Origin: Phoronis australis
Taxonomy: Eukaryota; Animalia; Phoronida
Direction of reading: 5' to 3'
Length of the DNA: 64,000 nucleotides
Assembly (NCBI GenBank): GCA_002633005.1
Contig: NMRA01000141.1
Coordinates: 169,858 to 233,857 of the forward strand
Position numbers and translations under genes: made by a program. The notes below the pieces were generated by a model, which did not search any database, had not been told where the DNA came from, and was given only the letters and a program-made list of their open reading frames with translations. Every line of letters begins with the position of its first letter. The first letter of the stretch is position 1. Of this stretch, positions 24,651 to 37,900 are shown piece by piece.

Positions 24651-26159
24651 CAGTGCCGTCTTTACCACAGGGTCCACTAGGGCACAGAGGCCCCACGACT
24701 ACAGGGACCCCACGCTGATCCATGCCATAGTAAAAAATCGAATGATGCAAGTCTTAGAAGCTCTGTAAAATAGCCCTTCCTGCACGAATGTAGCANTACC
24801 ACACTGGATTGAATAATGAGCAAAGTAGTAAATTCAAACAAAAAGCGTGCCCATAGAAAACGAGGGCCCACGCCTTGTAATCGCAGGATTCCACAAAACT
24901 GTGTCGCCATGTTTAAAAAAAGATATAGCGTTATTTGTACTTTAAACGTTATGTTGATCCAAATTGTTCCAAACGCTCATATATTTACATTTATCATACG
25001 GATAAATCGGGTGTTCTGGGACAGTGGCAGTTTTGTAAAGCTAAATGTGAATGTGAAATCCTTTTCCTACAAATTCATTTCCATAGATTTGCTTGTAGTA
25101 GTGATGTGGAAGGAGGCGAAGTTGTCCAGGCCTTTGGGTGGAGGGGAATGTAAAGGCGCTCTTTGGGGGTCACAAAAACACTTGTTGGGGCGCCATGTAG
25201 CACTTTTGGGTGCGCCGAAAATCCGTTCGTATGATGCAACTTTTTAAGGTGAAGGGGAGTGTTCATTCTTTCTCTTGGCCCGCTAGCTAGTAATGGATGC
25301 CATACTGCCGCTGTTTGTTCCTGAGAGACGCTCTTGATTAAACGTTTTTCAATTGAGGCTTCCAACATTTTGTTTAAAGTTGGTTTGAATGTTTTGAAAG
25401 AAGATATTTTGTGGAAAGTTAAAATAGTGCATGTAGAATGGTACTGTGAACAATAATGATAAATTTTAGACGAAGTAGACATTCCAAATTTCCAAACACT
25501 GAATTTGTGTTAGGACGTTTAAACTGTCTGTCGCTCATGTGTATTGAAAATGAAATTCAGAACAATATTCACTTTGATTCCATCAATGAACAATTGTGTG
25601 AAAAAATAGAAAATGGGTGCTTTAATATTTAAAGGCCAAACGTGTCCAAAGTAAGAATAAAGGTTAGTCATTTAGTAAGTCAAAAATGGCAGCTATGTTT
25701 TCTTATTTTGAATACAATATAAACCATGAAACCAGAACATGTCTAAAACTAAATCAATTCATCATTTATAAAAACAGATGTTCCTCGAAAGAAGATATGA
25801 TTTCCAAAGTACCTGCCGATGCAGGGCTTAATATGTCTTAAAAACCAATTTAGATAACAGGTACCATTTCTGCATGTGTGGTTTGTGGTGCTACCGTCTG
25901 ATTGTCACTCTTTCTTCTATTTGTACTTTGCATCTCCCTTCATTAATTATTATTACTCAAATATTGATTACCCGTGTTCGTTAATAATTGGTGTGTACTG
26001 CAGTTGGCTTACCGGTAACCCTATCGATAAGTCACGTATTTGTTGGTGCAAAATTTACGTTTCTATTAAGTGATGTATGAACATTTGGTATAACAGGGGC
26101 CTCCGTCAGTGATTTGATGGGCACAAGAGCCCATGCTATACTGAGTTAAGACGGCCCTG
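24651..26159. mobile_element. Non-autonomous hAT-type transposon
   Basis: TIR cagtgccgtcttta / ttaagacggccctg; 8-bp TSD attttaag/attgtaag with one mismatch. Confidence 0.75.
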
Positions 26160-26180
26160 ATTGTAAGCTCGATATCTTAA

Positions 26181-27878
26181 AGGAGAATGCCACCCAAAAA
26201 CATCCTATTTTGTATCAATTTAGATCGAGTAGTTCTACTTGATAACGGCACGATCGGTTGCGTTACCTGACACCTGCCGTCAGACGGACGTCATTGGTTT
26301 CACGCGCAGTCTGTTCAGCAGTTCACAACACGGGTTACTGGTGTCGGCTTATCGCTTGAATTCATCAAACACCAATAAATCATCAAACTTCGATGTAAAG
26401 CCCTTAAAAATACACCGAGTTCTTATAAAACGTGGTTTTATTTAGCTGTTACGGGTTTATTGGTATTTGGACACACCGTAGCCTTCAAAGTTCGGGAGGC
26501 CAATTTACCAAGGTCCGTAGCAGGAGTTTGGGGTCTGTTCGGAGATAAATTCGAAGTATTCTTCCGTGAAATACAGACAAGAAAACCTAGATCTGTGTTG
26601 TTTAGACTTGTGATTTTTTGAGTTCTAAACACACAAAACGCTTGTTATTCCGGCCAGTGGCTCGGAACCCAATCAGGCTCGTCGCGACCGGACTGTCTCG
26701 TTATCCCGGCTAGTGGCTAGGAACCCGATCAGGCCCGTCGTGGCCGCCGGGACTGGCACGAACATAAACCAGCTTGAGTTGGAAACTAAACCTCCAGTCA
26801 CGAAAAGACTATAATAGTGAGCCAAAGAAATAATGTGCACGTAATTATTTATGTGAATTAGCCACAAAACTGAAAATCTACTTACTTGTCGGGGGCCGCG
26901 AAGTCGGGTTCCCCTTCCACAGACCGTCAGGGCAAAGGTTGTATAGTAACAATGATTTGAATAATGTATTTGTATTTCTAAATAAAGATTCCCCTAACAT
27001 GTGGCCATAGCATATAAGATCGAGTAATTGTTTCACAACAACTTTCTGTCAGCAAACACTGAATTAGCATGCACTCACACAGCCTCGGCGCCCGGTCAAT
27101 TACCTTTATTGCCGGCATCAAAAGCCGGTAGGCCTAACGCAGTGGCCATTGCTGGCTTCTCAACATTTGCACTCACGAATACTGCAAAGGCATTACAAAT
27201 TGTATCTAATGAGACAGACTTTGTTTCAGTTTTATATAAGCATTGGTTAGGATGAGAATAATTCATTTTGAAACTGAACGCAGAATCATAAACGTCTACA
27301 TAGCAAATCGCCCGGCGCCAATTCCGACTTAGTCAAGAGCTCATCCGACGAAGACTTCACGGGTCGGATCGTTAGGTTTCACAGGCTATCAGTTCGAACC
27401 GGAATACACTGATCAAGAAATACTAGAGAGGCGCCGCGAACATTCACAGGCAACGGAAGGTATGGATAGTTCTTTGGTAAGCCGGCATTCGTCAGAGAAA
27501 TCACTGTCGATGAAATGCCGGCCACAGACACGGAGATGTTTCACGGCCTCCACATACTAGCTATTAACAGCGTACCTTTCATTCTTCACTACCGTGAGCC
27601 ACTTCGCAAGCATTTCGGGCTCTCGAGGAAGTCGAAAAAATGATATAACCATTTTCTTCGCAGCTTCATAGTTCGGACAAGCGGGAACGATGCACCCCAA
27701 TATAGCAGCATTCACTCTGCAGACGAACCACTGACGTCGCTGCGTCGTTTCTCGTCAACTTCCTTACAGGTTAACACGACACCTCTCGGCAAGGTGAGGT
27801 GGACCGTATAAGAGGCGATGTGGATATAGACCGATTAAGACGGTAAAAAAGACTAATTAAATCGGGTGGCATTCTCCT
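26181..27878 (-). mobile_element. Non-autonomous Kolobok-like transposon
   Basis: Perfect 15-bp TIR aggagaatgccaccc/gggtggcattctcct, TTAA on both sides, purine-purine termini, THAP relic inside. Confidence 0.85.
27450..27705 (-). pseudogene. THAP-domain relic within the Kolobok-like element
   Basis: GCIVPACPN...ISFFRLPREPEMLAKWL...*...LRVCGRHFIDSDF, with one in-frame TAG. Confidence 0.8.
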
Positions 27879-29388
27879 TTAACGTCTGTGCCCAAGGTCT
27901 AACCCCTTTGTACTACCAATTCGTCTGACGTTTTTCGTTCTGTCTACTTCAATACGAACTCAAGACATGAGTCTACTATTCCGTGCTCGAATACGTCATG
28001 GTTTATCAACTAAGTTGAATGTCTGGTAAAATTTAAAAATGGCGAACATATTATACTCTATGAGTACGCGAAATAACCTGTCTACACGGGAAAATCTAAA
28101 ATGAAGCAAGGTTTCGGGGCCGGCAATGACAAAATTCGAACACAAGTGTGCTCATAGTATGCGAGATTTCATGGTGGTTATAACTCATTTATCCCAAGAT
28201 CCTCGGCCAAAGATTTTATAGTATCTGCCTCAGCAGCACTGAAGACTACAGTATACTGGAGAAACTGGGGGCTTTTCAGAATTTAATATAAACGTACACA
28301 TGATGCTTGACAAACCCACTCGCACCATCTGAAGAACACCAATGTAACATGGCTGGCCAAGGCACTGTCTGGTACTCTCCCAAACTTGGAGAAGTAGGCC
28401 TAAAGTAAACTGAGATTAGTTGGTTCTATAACTTTAGTAGGCAATTCCGATTACGGGAGGCCAAATGGTGGCAACTAAATAAATACAGGTCTACTGCGGG
28501 AGTTTCACGTGATCCAAATTACAAAAAGGGAATGCCTAAAATGGCATGAAAAGTAGGAAATTTAAGAAAGTTGACATGTTTATGGAATTTAAATGTATGA
28601 GAAAACCCGCTAAACGTACAATTTGTTAGCTCGAAAAATTGCGTCATAACAGATGACTGGCATTTCGGTGAGTTTCACACAAAGTACAGAGAGAGGATGC
28701 AAGCTCTCTTTTCGTATTTTCACAAGTTATCTGCCCTACTCGGTCGCAAACTATCCGCGGTCATGATTTCGACCGCGTCGGGGCCCCCAGTTCGCAATAA
28801 GTAGCAACATCTCGTTGACACAATGCCAATGCGTCAATGATCGAATGCGCCATACCGCAAGTTACATGTACAGGTTCCAAAACATTGTGGGACCTACTTG
28901 TTGTGATGACATCACGACTGACTACTGTACACGTAATATGTCAGCTGATCAATATAGACGAACGTTTTGCATAATCATCTACGAAATCAAAACAAGAGGA
29001 ATCCTTTAAGTGCAGGCTAAAACTTTGTGACGGCGTGAATCAATACTGACGCCCGAGCAACAGCCAATTGCCATTACTTTCATATACATATGCATTTATC
29101 TATTTTGCCCGGGGTACGCCATGAGCTATGTTGCAGAGTAAAACAAGAGGAGGATTGCGAATAATGTTCTATATTATGACGTAAATAGAAAGAACTAGGC
29201 TAAGACTCTGCAAGATGGGCATGGAAAAAACGCCACCGGTGTGTACAATGAATAGCCCTGAAGAGCGAACCAAAACAAAAGAACAGCCTGAAGGGCCGGA
29301 AAAAGTACAGAACGTGAACACAATACCTAACAGGCAATGTATATGAAAAAAAAGAAAAAAGTGGAACAGACACCCGGGATGGGGGGGG

Positions 29389-29590
29389 CAGGGGCGGATC
29401 CAGTATTTTGAGTTAGGGGGGACCAGGGCACAGGAGTAACCACAATTTCGGCAGACGCGCGCGCCCAGCCTAAACTGTAGGATGCAGGGGTCTCGAATTT
29501 TTGGTTTTGCGGACCGTTTGATTAAAAAAAACGATAAATGGGGTTTGTTCAGGGTCTATTCACCCCCGAGCCCCCCTGGATGTGCGTATG
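29389..29590. mobile_element. Composite MITE, inverted partial copy of 36165-36471
   Basis: caggggcggatccagtattttgagttaggggggaccagggca is the reverse complement of the 36430-36471 end. Confidence 0.6.
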
Positions 29591-29787
29591 TACTAGAATT
29601 TTAGGGGGGGGGGCATGGGCGACCAATCAGGTGTCGCGTAGAGAAATGAATGAATACAAAAGCAGACCCTTGAGGTTATAAATAGAGATGAATAATGAAA
29701 AATAAACCCTAAGGGTTGATATCAAAATAAAGTGACAAATGTCAAAATAATGACGATAAATGCATTTAACAAGTTCAATTTAATCAA

Positions 29788-30257
29788 GGGCCTTTCATAC
29801 TAACGTCCACGCGTCGATGGTTTAGGGAGTTGCGGTCAATGTGATCCAGTACTGGATCGAAGTTAACAGCTACAGTTAACATCGCAGTTAACATGTGGAT
29901 TTAACAGCGCAGCGTCGACGTTGCGGTGCAGTATGAACGGTTAACTTCGGTCTAATCGAAGTTATCGCCAGGTGCCACTGTTATCGTCAACAATTAAGGG
30001 TAGCCTTGTGCCGTCACTAATAGCTGTTTATATTAATCGGTTTAAAAAATAAGCTTAATGTCAATTAGCACATGTAAATGTTCCCAAATTGTCACACTGC
30101 AAAAAAGTGCAGCGCTACCTTATGATAACGTCGATGACGACAGCGTCACCTCCCGTTTATTTCGATGTTCATTAAGTACCGAGGCCAACGGTCCAGTTAA
30201 CTGCGTAGTTTAGGTCGCCGCTCCGCCACACCGGAGTTAAGCCAATATGAACGGGCC
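29788..30257. mobile_element. Palindromic MITE copy 2 (family of 9667-10157)
   Basis: Same TIR and body. Confidence 0.75.
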
Positions 30258-30370
30258 TTAACTTAATTGAACCGGAAACGAGCTTCAAATGGAATCATTA
30301 TCTTGCCACACAAGGTAAAATACAGTTTCAACAAGATATTGTCGAGTAATTATTATCTTTCCTTGCTTCC

Positions 30371-30915
30371 TTAAGGTTAATGTGCAAGACGTTTCCACGA
30401 GTGTGTACATTTAGTCAAATATGAGAAAAAGTCCATATTCTCTGAAAGTAGAATGCCATAGAATTGGATTTTTAACTTCATACCAATCGGGCATTAATTA
30501 GGTCACGTGACCTTGCTTTGTAAGGGAAAATTAGCAAAAAAGAAAGACACATTTATAGCAAAACAAAACGACCATGATATAATCATCCAAGATAAAATCT
30601 CAAAAGCGTCCTTAGTTTTCGAAACTATCCTCTCCTTATGGCTTTATGTAACTTTAAACATTTTCATAAAAATAGAGCAAGTCCTACTTTGACAGTCCCA
30701 CATCCAAAAATGCAACATTTTAAAAACAATTCATGAAACAGTTTTGGAAAACAGTGAATAAAGCATAGACCTGAAAGTTTCGTTTGAATACAATGGGCCA
30801 TTTCTGAGATACCATGTTCCTAAATCAATTCATAACAGACTTTCAACATAATAAATGTACAACTAGTTTGAATAAATAAATGAAATCTTAAATCATTCCA
30901 TGATGCCGCCTTAGC
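30371..30915. repeat. Old dispersed repeat; diverged sister at ~43838-44290
   Basis: Shared blocks such as ttcataccaatc...ggtcacgtgacc...ttagcaaa and ctgaaa.tttc.tttgaat. Confidence 0.5.
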
Positions 30916-33117
30916 AACAACATACCCATTCCACAAAACACAACTGACAAAATCAAGTTATTTATTGCATAAATCAATAACCAAACATTTCCAAAATCGT
31001 TTTAAACAATTCACTACAACAGCTCTTGCATTTGAAGTGGCAACATCACGCCATCTTCCGTCACAAAAAGCAAACTTTGATTTAGACCACTTAACCATAT
31101 AAAAATGGTTTTAAGTATTTAGTTAGCAGCCGTGACTTTCGGGCTTCGCTGCCAGTTGGTTATTGCTTGGCATCACGCTCCGAAAACTGGATTTTTCACG
31201 CCAGTCAAGTAGGTGCCAAACCTGGCTGTAGGAATAACAATTCTTTGCAAGTCCAGGAATCACTTAGCAATTTTACTGGGGAAGTGGCCTAAACTGATCA
31301 AAAGTTCGCTTCTTGAACAAAGTTTGAGTTTATATCTATAGGCTAACATTGCTAATCCCTGAAACAAATTTTTTAACATTAAATTGCACAATTTAAATTA
31401 AAACAAATAATTATTTAAGTAGTTAAGTCTATATCCCATAGTAAACCAGACTATGTTGACCTTCAAGTAAATGTAATTTTGAATCACAAATATTCCACAT
31501 AAATGGACAACAATTATGTACTTATAAATGTATTAATTTATGAAAAACTAATTACCCCACAAATTTTGGTCAAAAGCCCATGGAAACAGGGAGCCTATCT
31601 GCTTCCAAACACTTTCCAAACAGCGCAAGACATTATCTTGCACTTCCTGTGAAAAATCTTTGCTCATTATGGAAGGAACCACAATGCAACACTCCAACCT
31701 CACTGACCAATCACTTCCGAATTAGTGGCCGCCATTTTGCTAGTATAGGCTAGTAAACTTCCAAGCACACTCACAAAACAGTTGCTTTTCATTGGCATGA
31801 TTTTGCAAAAGCTTGCATGATCTGGTTTTCTCATAAGAAAATAGATCTACGAACACTTTGGCTAGTACCTACAATTTGGAAAATGCATTAACTCATTAAA
31901 TTTTGTCAGTTTGTGGCCCTCGAAAAAGATCATTTACATTTTCATACGTTCAAATTTTAACTCCATTTAATGTCAAACAACACAGCATCCGTGTTGTCTT
32001 ATGGAGACCAGCAAGGCTTTGTGTTGTACTGAGAAACAATTCCAGGACTAGTTCAATCCATTATCATAAACAAAAGATTCACACCTCTTATGAAATTCAA
32101 AGAGGAGATACCACGTACTTAGCATATTCCAAGGGAAATTATTTTACTGCCTAAACATACAAAAAGAAAACATTTTGGAACTGAAATGCCACTCTGAGTC
32201 TTTCTTTTACTACAATCCTAAGTGTCGTGACTAATTGGCCAACAGAACTACAATTGCCCAATTTAAGCTCTAATGACACAAACCATAATCACATGGCGTA
32301 ACCACAGGAAGTGAAACAGGCCAACTTATCAGGCGCCCCCTAGTGATTATGGGCAGATCCAGGTCGAGCCCAATAACTGTCTCGCGGCAAGAAAACCTAC
32401 ACAAAATCACGTGCTCCCATTGAAAATACACAGTGAAATCACAAGGAATCTCGCGAGAACTTGCTCTGAAACTACAGTAAACACCACATACCCCACCTAC
32501 TAAATACTGAATGATTAGTTCCAGTTTATAGGGCCATCCTGGATCACACAGCAAAACACGAATCACACACTATTTAACCACAATTCACGCAATATCAGTC
32601 AATCACTTTTGTAGCCTTATGTTTTTTCACATCATTGTTCTCTGCTGTCATATACTTTACAAGTTTTTCTCAGCTGCATTACTCTATATGTCTTTCCAAT
32701 GCCAACACAGTATCACTGCTGTGCTGTGGGCCATGATTAGGGCAAGAGAAACTTTGATAAAATAAACAAGTACCCTTGGATGCGTAACGTTAACTTCGGT
32801 GTCTTGTTGACATTAATCAGAGACTAGAAGATGTAGCGCTAGTAGATAAAACAAGTTTATCGGGTTAATTTTGAGCCGAACAGAATGCCGTTTTTTGAAG
32901 ACATGCTTTCAATTCCAGAACTTTTGAATGTTTGAAAGCGGGAATATTTCCAAGACCATACAGACCTCGATAGTTTCCAACATGACCTGTGAAAATGTGC
33001 CTGAAATTCCACTTTCTTACCTCCGGAACAAAGGAGAGTTCTCTTGCAGTGTAATCTGGGATGGTCACTTAGGAACATAACATTCAATGGCACCAGAAAC
33101 CTGCACTAATCTGGATC

Positions 33118-33249
33118 CTATAAGTAGTTCTCGAATGTCCACTTCTGTGAGTCACCTCCATTACATCTGTTTATCACAATATTCCCTCCTGACCGAAGTC
33201 CCGCCGCATCAAGACAAAGGCCACTTGAATGAACGATAGTACCAGACGA
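33118..33249 (-). CDS. Second copy of the GALNT terminal exon (probably an allelic assembly duplicate)
   Basis: Same sequence as 34796-34927, including the acceptor and TAG. Confidence 0.4.
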   Translation of the reverse strand, partial: SSGTIVHSSGLCLDAAGLRSGGNIVINRCNGGDSQKWTFENYL

Positions 33250-34795
33250 CTGAAACATAAAGCACAAACACACTTGAAGAAACGTTACCAAAAACCCAGA
33301 TTATGAACCAGTGTAGCGATTGTCTACATAAGCACCAACATTTTCCAAAAGCGTACTAAAGCATAGTCTTTTGACAGACCCCTTCACGTTCATGAAAACA
33401 AGTCGATTTACACTTCCCATCAGATGATATCCACATTTTAGAAAAATTTACACAGTATACCAGATGCATATTCTTTGTACACTTTTTAAAATTGTTGACA
33501 ATTCCCGGTGATCTCTTACTCTACACATGTCTGAAGCATCCCATGTCTAAGAAAATTGGCCATCTCCATATCAGCCCAATGTCAACTGAAGTGGGTCAAA
33601 AGGTCAACAATTAAGATGANATTTTCATACATTCAAATTTTAACTCCATTTAATGTCAAACAACACAGCGTCCGTGTTATCTGGAGACCAGCAAGGCTTT
33701 GTGTTGTACTGAGAAACAATTCCAGGACTAGTCCAATCCATTATCATAAACAAAAGATTCACAACTCTTATGAAATTCAAAGAGGAGATGCCACGTACTT
33801 AGCATATTCCAAGGGAAATTATTTTACTGCCTAAACATACAAAAAGAAAACATTTTGGAACTGAAATGCCACTCTGAGTCTTTCTTTTACTACAATCCTT
33901 AGTGTCGTGACTAATTGGCCAACAGAACTACAATTGCCCAATTTAAGCTCTAATGACACAAACCATAATCATATGGCGGAAACACAGAAGTGAAACGGGC
34001 CAACTTATCAGGCGCCCCCAAGTGAATATGGGCAGATCTGGATCGAGCTCAAAAACTGTCTCGCGGCAAGAAAATCTACACAAAATCATGTGCTCCCATT
34101 GAAAATACACAGTGAAATCACAAGGAATCTCGCGAGAACTTGCTCTGAAACTACAGTAAACACCACATACCCCACCTACTAAATACTGAATGATTACTTC
34201 CAGTTTATAGGGCCATCCTGGATCACACAGCAACACACAAATCACACAGTATTTAACCACAATTCACGCAATACCAGTCAATCACTTTTGTAGCCTTACG
34301 GTTTTTCACATCATTGTTCTCTGTTGTCATATACTTTACAAGTTTTTCTCAGCTGCATTACTCTGTGTCTTTCCAATGCCAACGAAGTATCACTGCTGTG
34401 CTTGTGGGCCATGATTACGGCAAGAGAAACTTTGATAAAATAAACAAGTACTCTTGGATGCGTTATGTTAACTTCGGTGCCTTGTTGACATCAATCAGAG
34501 ACTAAAAGATGTAGCGCAATTGGATAAAACAAGTTCATCGGGTTAATTTTGAACCGAATAGAATGCCGTTTCTTGAAGACATTCTTTCAATACCAGTACT
34601 TTTGAACGTTTGAAAGCGGGAATATTTCCAAGACCATACAGACCTCGATAGTTTCCAACATGACCTGTGAAAATGTGCCTGAAATTCCACTTTCTTACCT
34701 CCGTAACAAAGGAGAGTTCTCTTGCAGTGTAATCTGGGATGGTCACTTAGGAACATAACATTCAATGGCACCAGAAACCTGCACTAATCTGGATC

Positions 34796-34927
34796 CTATA
34801 AGTAGTTCTCGAATGTCCACTTCTGTGAGTCACCTCCATTACATCTGTTTATCACAATATTCCCTCCTGACCGAAGTCCCGCCGCATCAAGACAAAGGCC
34901 ACTTGAATGAACGATAGTACCAGACGA
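34796..34927 (-). CDS. GALNT: GALNT exon 11 (lectin gamma, stop)
   Basis: [10 protein letters not shown]...[13 protein letters not shown]; TAG stop. Confidence 0.9.
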   Translation of the reverse strand, partial: SSGTIVHSSGLCLDAAGLRSGGNIVINRCNGGDSQKWTFENYL

Positions 34928-37900
34928 CTGAAACATAAAGCACAAACACACTTGAAGAAACGTTACCTTCTTCCCCACTACCAAAAACCCAGATTATGAA
35001 CCAGTGTAGCGATTGTCTACATAAGCACCAACATTTTCCAAAAGCGTACTAAAACATAGGCTTTTGACAGACCCCTTCACGTTCATGAAAACAAGTCGAT
35101 TTACACTTCCCATCAGATGATATCCACATTTTAGAAAAATTTACACAGTATACCAGATGCATATTCTTTGTACACTTTTTAAAATTGTTGACAATTCCCG
35201 GTGATCTCTTACTCTACACATGTCTGAAGCATCCCATGTCTAAGAAAATTGGCCATCTCCATATCAGCCCAATGCCAACTGAAGTGGATCAAAAGGTCAA
35301 CAATTAAGATGAGGTTGGCCATGCCTTCTATGAAATGAATTCTGAATGAAAGGATTGTTTCTCATCCGTTCACTTGTGACACCCATAAGTCTATCCTTAG
35401 TGTTTCTAATGAAATAATAGATTGCTTGGCGACTTAACTTTCCATACCAGTAAAGCAACTGAAATCAATTTTAATTTCACAATGCCACAAGAATTTAAGA
35501 TGTCAAAATTTACATAATTTGCAAAGCTTAATTTACTCGATGCACAATTTTGAAAAAGAATCGAAGTTCGGGTACCTTTAGGTTTGCAAGTGTTAAAAGC
35601 TGACTGGTAAAACAATCCATCACTGTTGTGATGGTAGAGATGAATCTGATATGTAATTCTTAACCTAGTTAGCACAAAATATGACTGACAAGTAATATTC
35701 TGTTTTATCAAATTTATCCACAAAAAGTAGGCAAAACTTTAATTCATTATTGGCTGCCTTTTGTACCCTGTAGATGTTATAAAACAACATTTCATTAACC
35801 TGGAATTATGCAATTATGCGAAATATGAACAAATGACAATTATTTTTTAACATGATTAGAGAATTACACTATTGGTCAAAAAACAAGCCCACCAAGTACA
35901 AAATAAGTATATTCCGGAATTTTTGTGCATGACTTTAATACAAGTTGCCCAAACGCACCATAGCTTGCTTGATAAGACCTAGCCTGTCTGCGTGAAGCAG
36001 TCAGTGATCAATCCCCAGGAGAAGAAGCCAAGCGGCTCCGCAACGTTGGGAAATTTATTTCACAGCAAGTTCCAGAAGTCGTAGTTTATAATTATTTCCA
36101 TTACTATGTGAGCAAAACTACACAGTATAGGTTACAACTAAAACAGTTTAAACACAGGATAGATCAGTGGCGGATTTAGGGAGGGGCAAGGGGGCCATGA
36201 CCTCCCTAAAATTATACCAGATACCATTTGGCAGTTCGGGTGCGAATTACTGACTAGCACATGTGCATAACCAGGGGGGTTCGGGGGCTGAGTAAACAAT
36301 GCATAGGCCCTGAACAAACTCCGTTTACCTTTTTTTAGTCAAAAGGTCCGCAAACCTAAAAATTCGAAAACCCCTGCATCCCTACATTTTAGGCTGGGCA
36401 CACACATCTGCCAAAATTCTGGTTATTCCTTGCCCTGGCCCCCCTAACTCAAAATCCTGGATTCGCCCCTGTAGATAACATTTATTGAACGTTCTGAAAA
36501 TTACAGCTCAGAATGTTTTTGCATGTTTTTGCAATCAGTCTACAGAAAAATTGTCATTCGCTTTGGTAGCCACTTCCAAGAATTGCAGATTGCTACCTCA
36601 AAAGGAAACCTTTGAAATTAAACATAACAATTTCCATTAGTGACAAATTCATGTTTGGATAGACAGCCTATAAAGAATTCTGGTGTGGACATAACGGTGA
36701 ATAAATTGTAGCTTACAGCATAACAGACCGTCTCACCGAGACATACGTAAACAAAAATTTTAAAATTTTGTCCAAATCCATCTGGCAAAAAACAATAAGG
36801 AAACTGTACCATACGTGACTCACACTATATCCACAACTTTGTTACACTTTGACGAAAAGGGATTTTAGCAAAATACCTTGTCATGCGTCCACTTCTGGTT
36901 TCCGTAGTTTCCATGGCAAGGCATAAGTTGGATTACATCACCATGATTACCGCTGCAGTCCAAACATCCCTCTTCCCTCCTGAGTTCGTTGTGCTTGCTG
37001 AGTGAGAATATCTAGAGAAGGCAGAGGCAGTTACAAACATTTCAGCAACAATAGACCACGATTAAACCTAGTAGGTCCACCAACCCTTCTTTTGGGGTAG
37101 GGTTAGTTGACCTCCTGTGAACTTTCCCAACATATAATCACAGCTAGGAGCTGGCACTAACTTTTGAGTAAAAATATCATTATGGGCTTGCCTATTCAAA
37201 ACCAATAGGGGGTAATAAAATAATTATCTAATGTCGCTACACGGACTGGTTACCCTCTCCAAGCCCAATAGGTATTGGAAACCAGACGATTCAACAAGCT
37301 TAGATTTACTGATCAGTAACTTTTGTCCCTTTTTGATGTCTTTTGAACATTTACTCCTGCAATTCAGCTGAACTCAATCTAATTATCAGTGCAATTTACT
37401 TGGTCACATGACAAACATAATTTGCATACGGTGAAAGGGAGATAACTGTAGTTCTTAAGTTTATTAATATCCAGAATATTACTCACAGTCCACAGGTAAC
37501 TATTTCATTACATATTGTTCAGTACAGTTTATTTTATTGATCAAAATGTAAATTGATTGAGCAATTCTATTTCAGGGTCATCTCCTATACAGCTACGAGA
37601 TCCACAGGAAAACTATTGCCTATATTAAACCATACAGTAAACTTTCGTGTGATCAAAAAAGATCACTTCAACTAGAAATAAGTGACCTTATATTACACTA
37701 AAAATTCTTGCATTTGCGAGAAAAATGATATAACTCTGCTCACATACCATATGCGCAGAGTACTGTTAGGCAAAAAAGGATACTTGATTCTGGTGTTTCT
37801 TGAAAATCGAGGTAGTGCGGCATTTTTGTAGTTGCCCAAAAAGAAAATCCACCCAAGAGAAGCAAAAATTATGTGGGACTTTCTTACTCAACATTAACCT

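Larger units (their letters stand above)
31938..35312. repeat. ~1.68-kb tandem duplication joined at N 33620, covering the GALNT last exon and proximal 3' UTR
   Basis: 31938-33619 versus 33621-35312: near-identical, with scattered SNPs and small indels. Confidence 0.92.
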
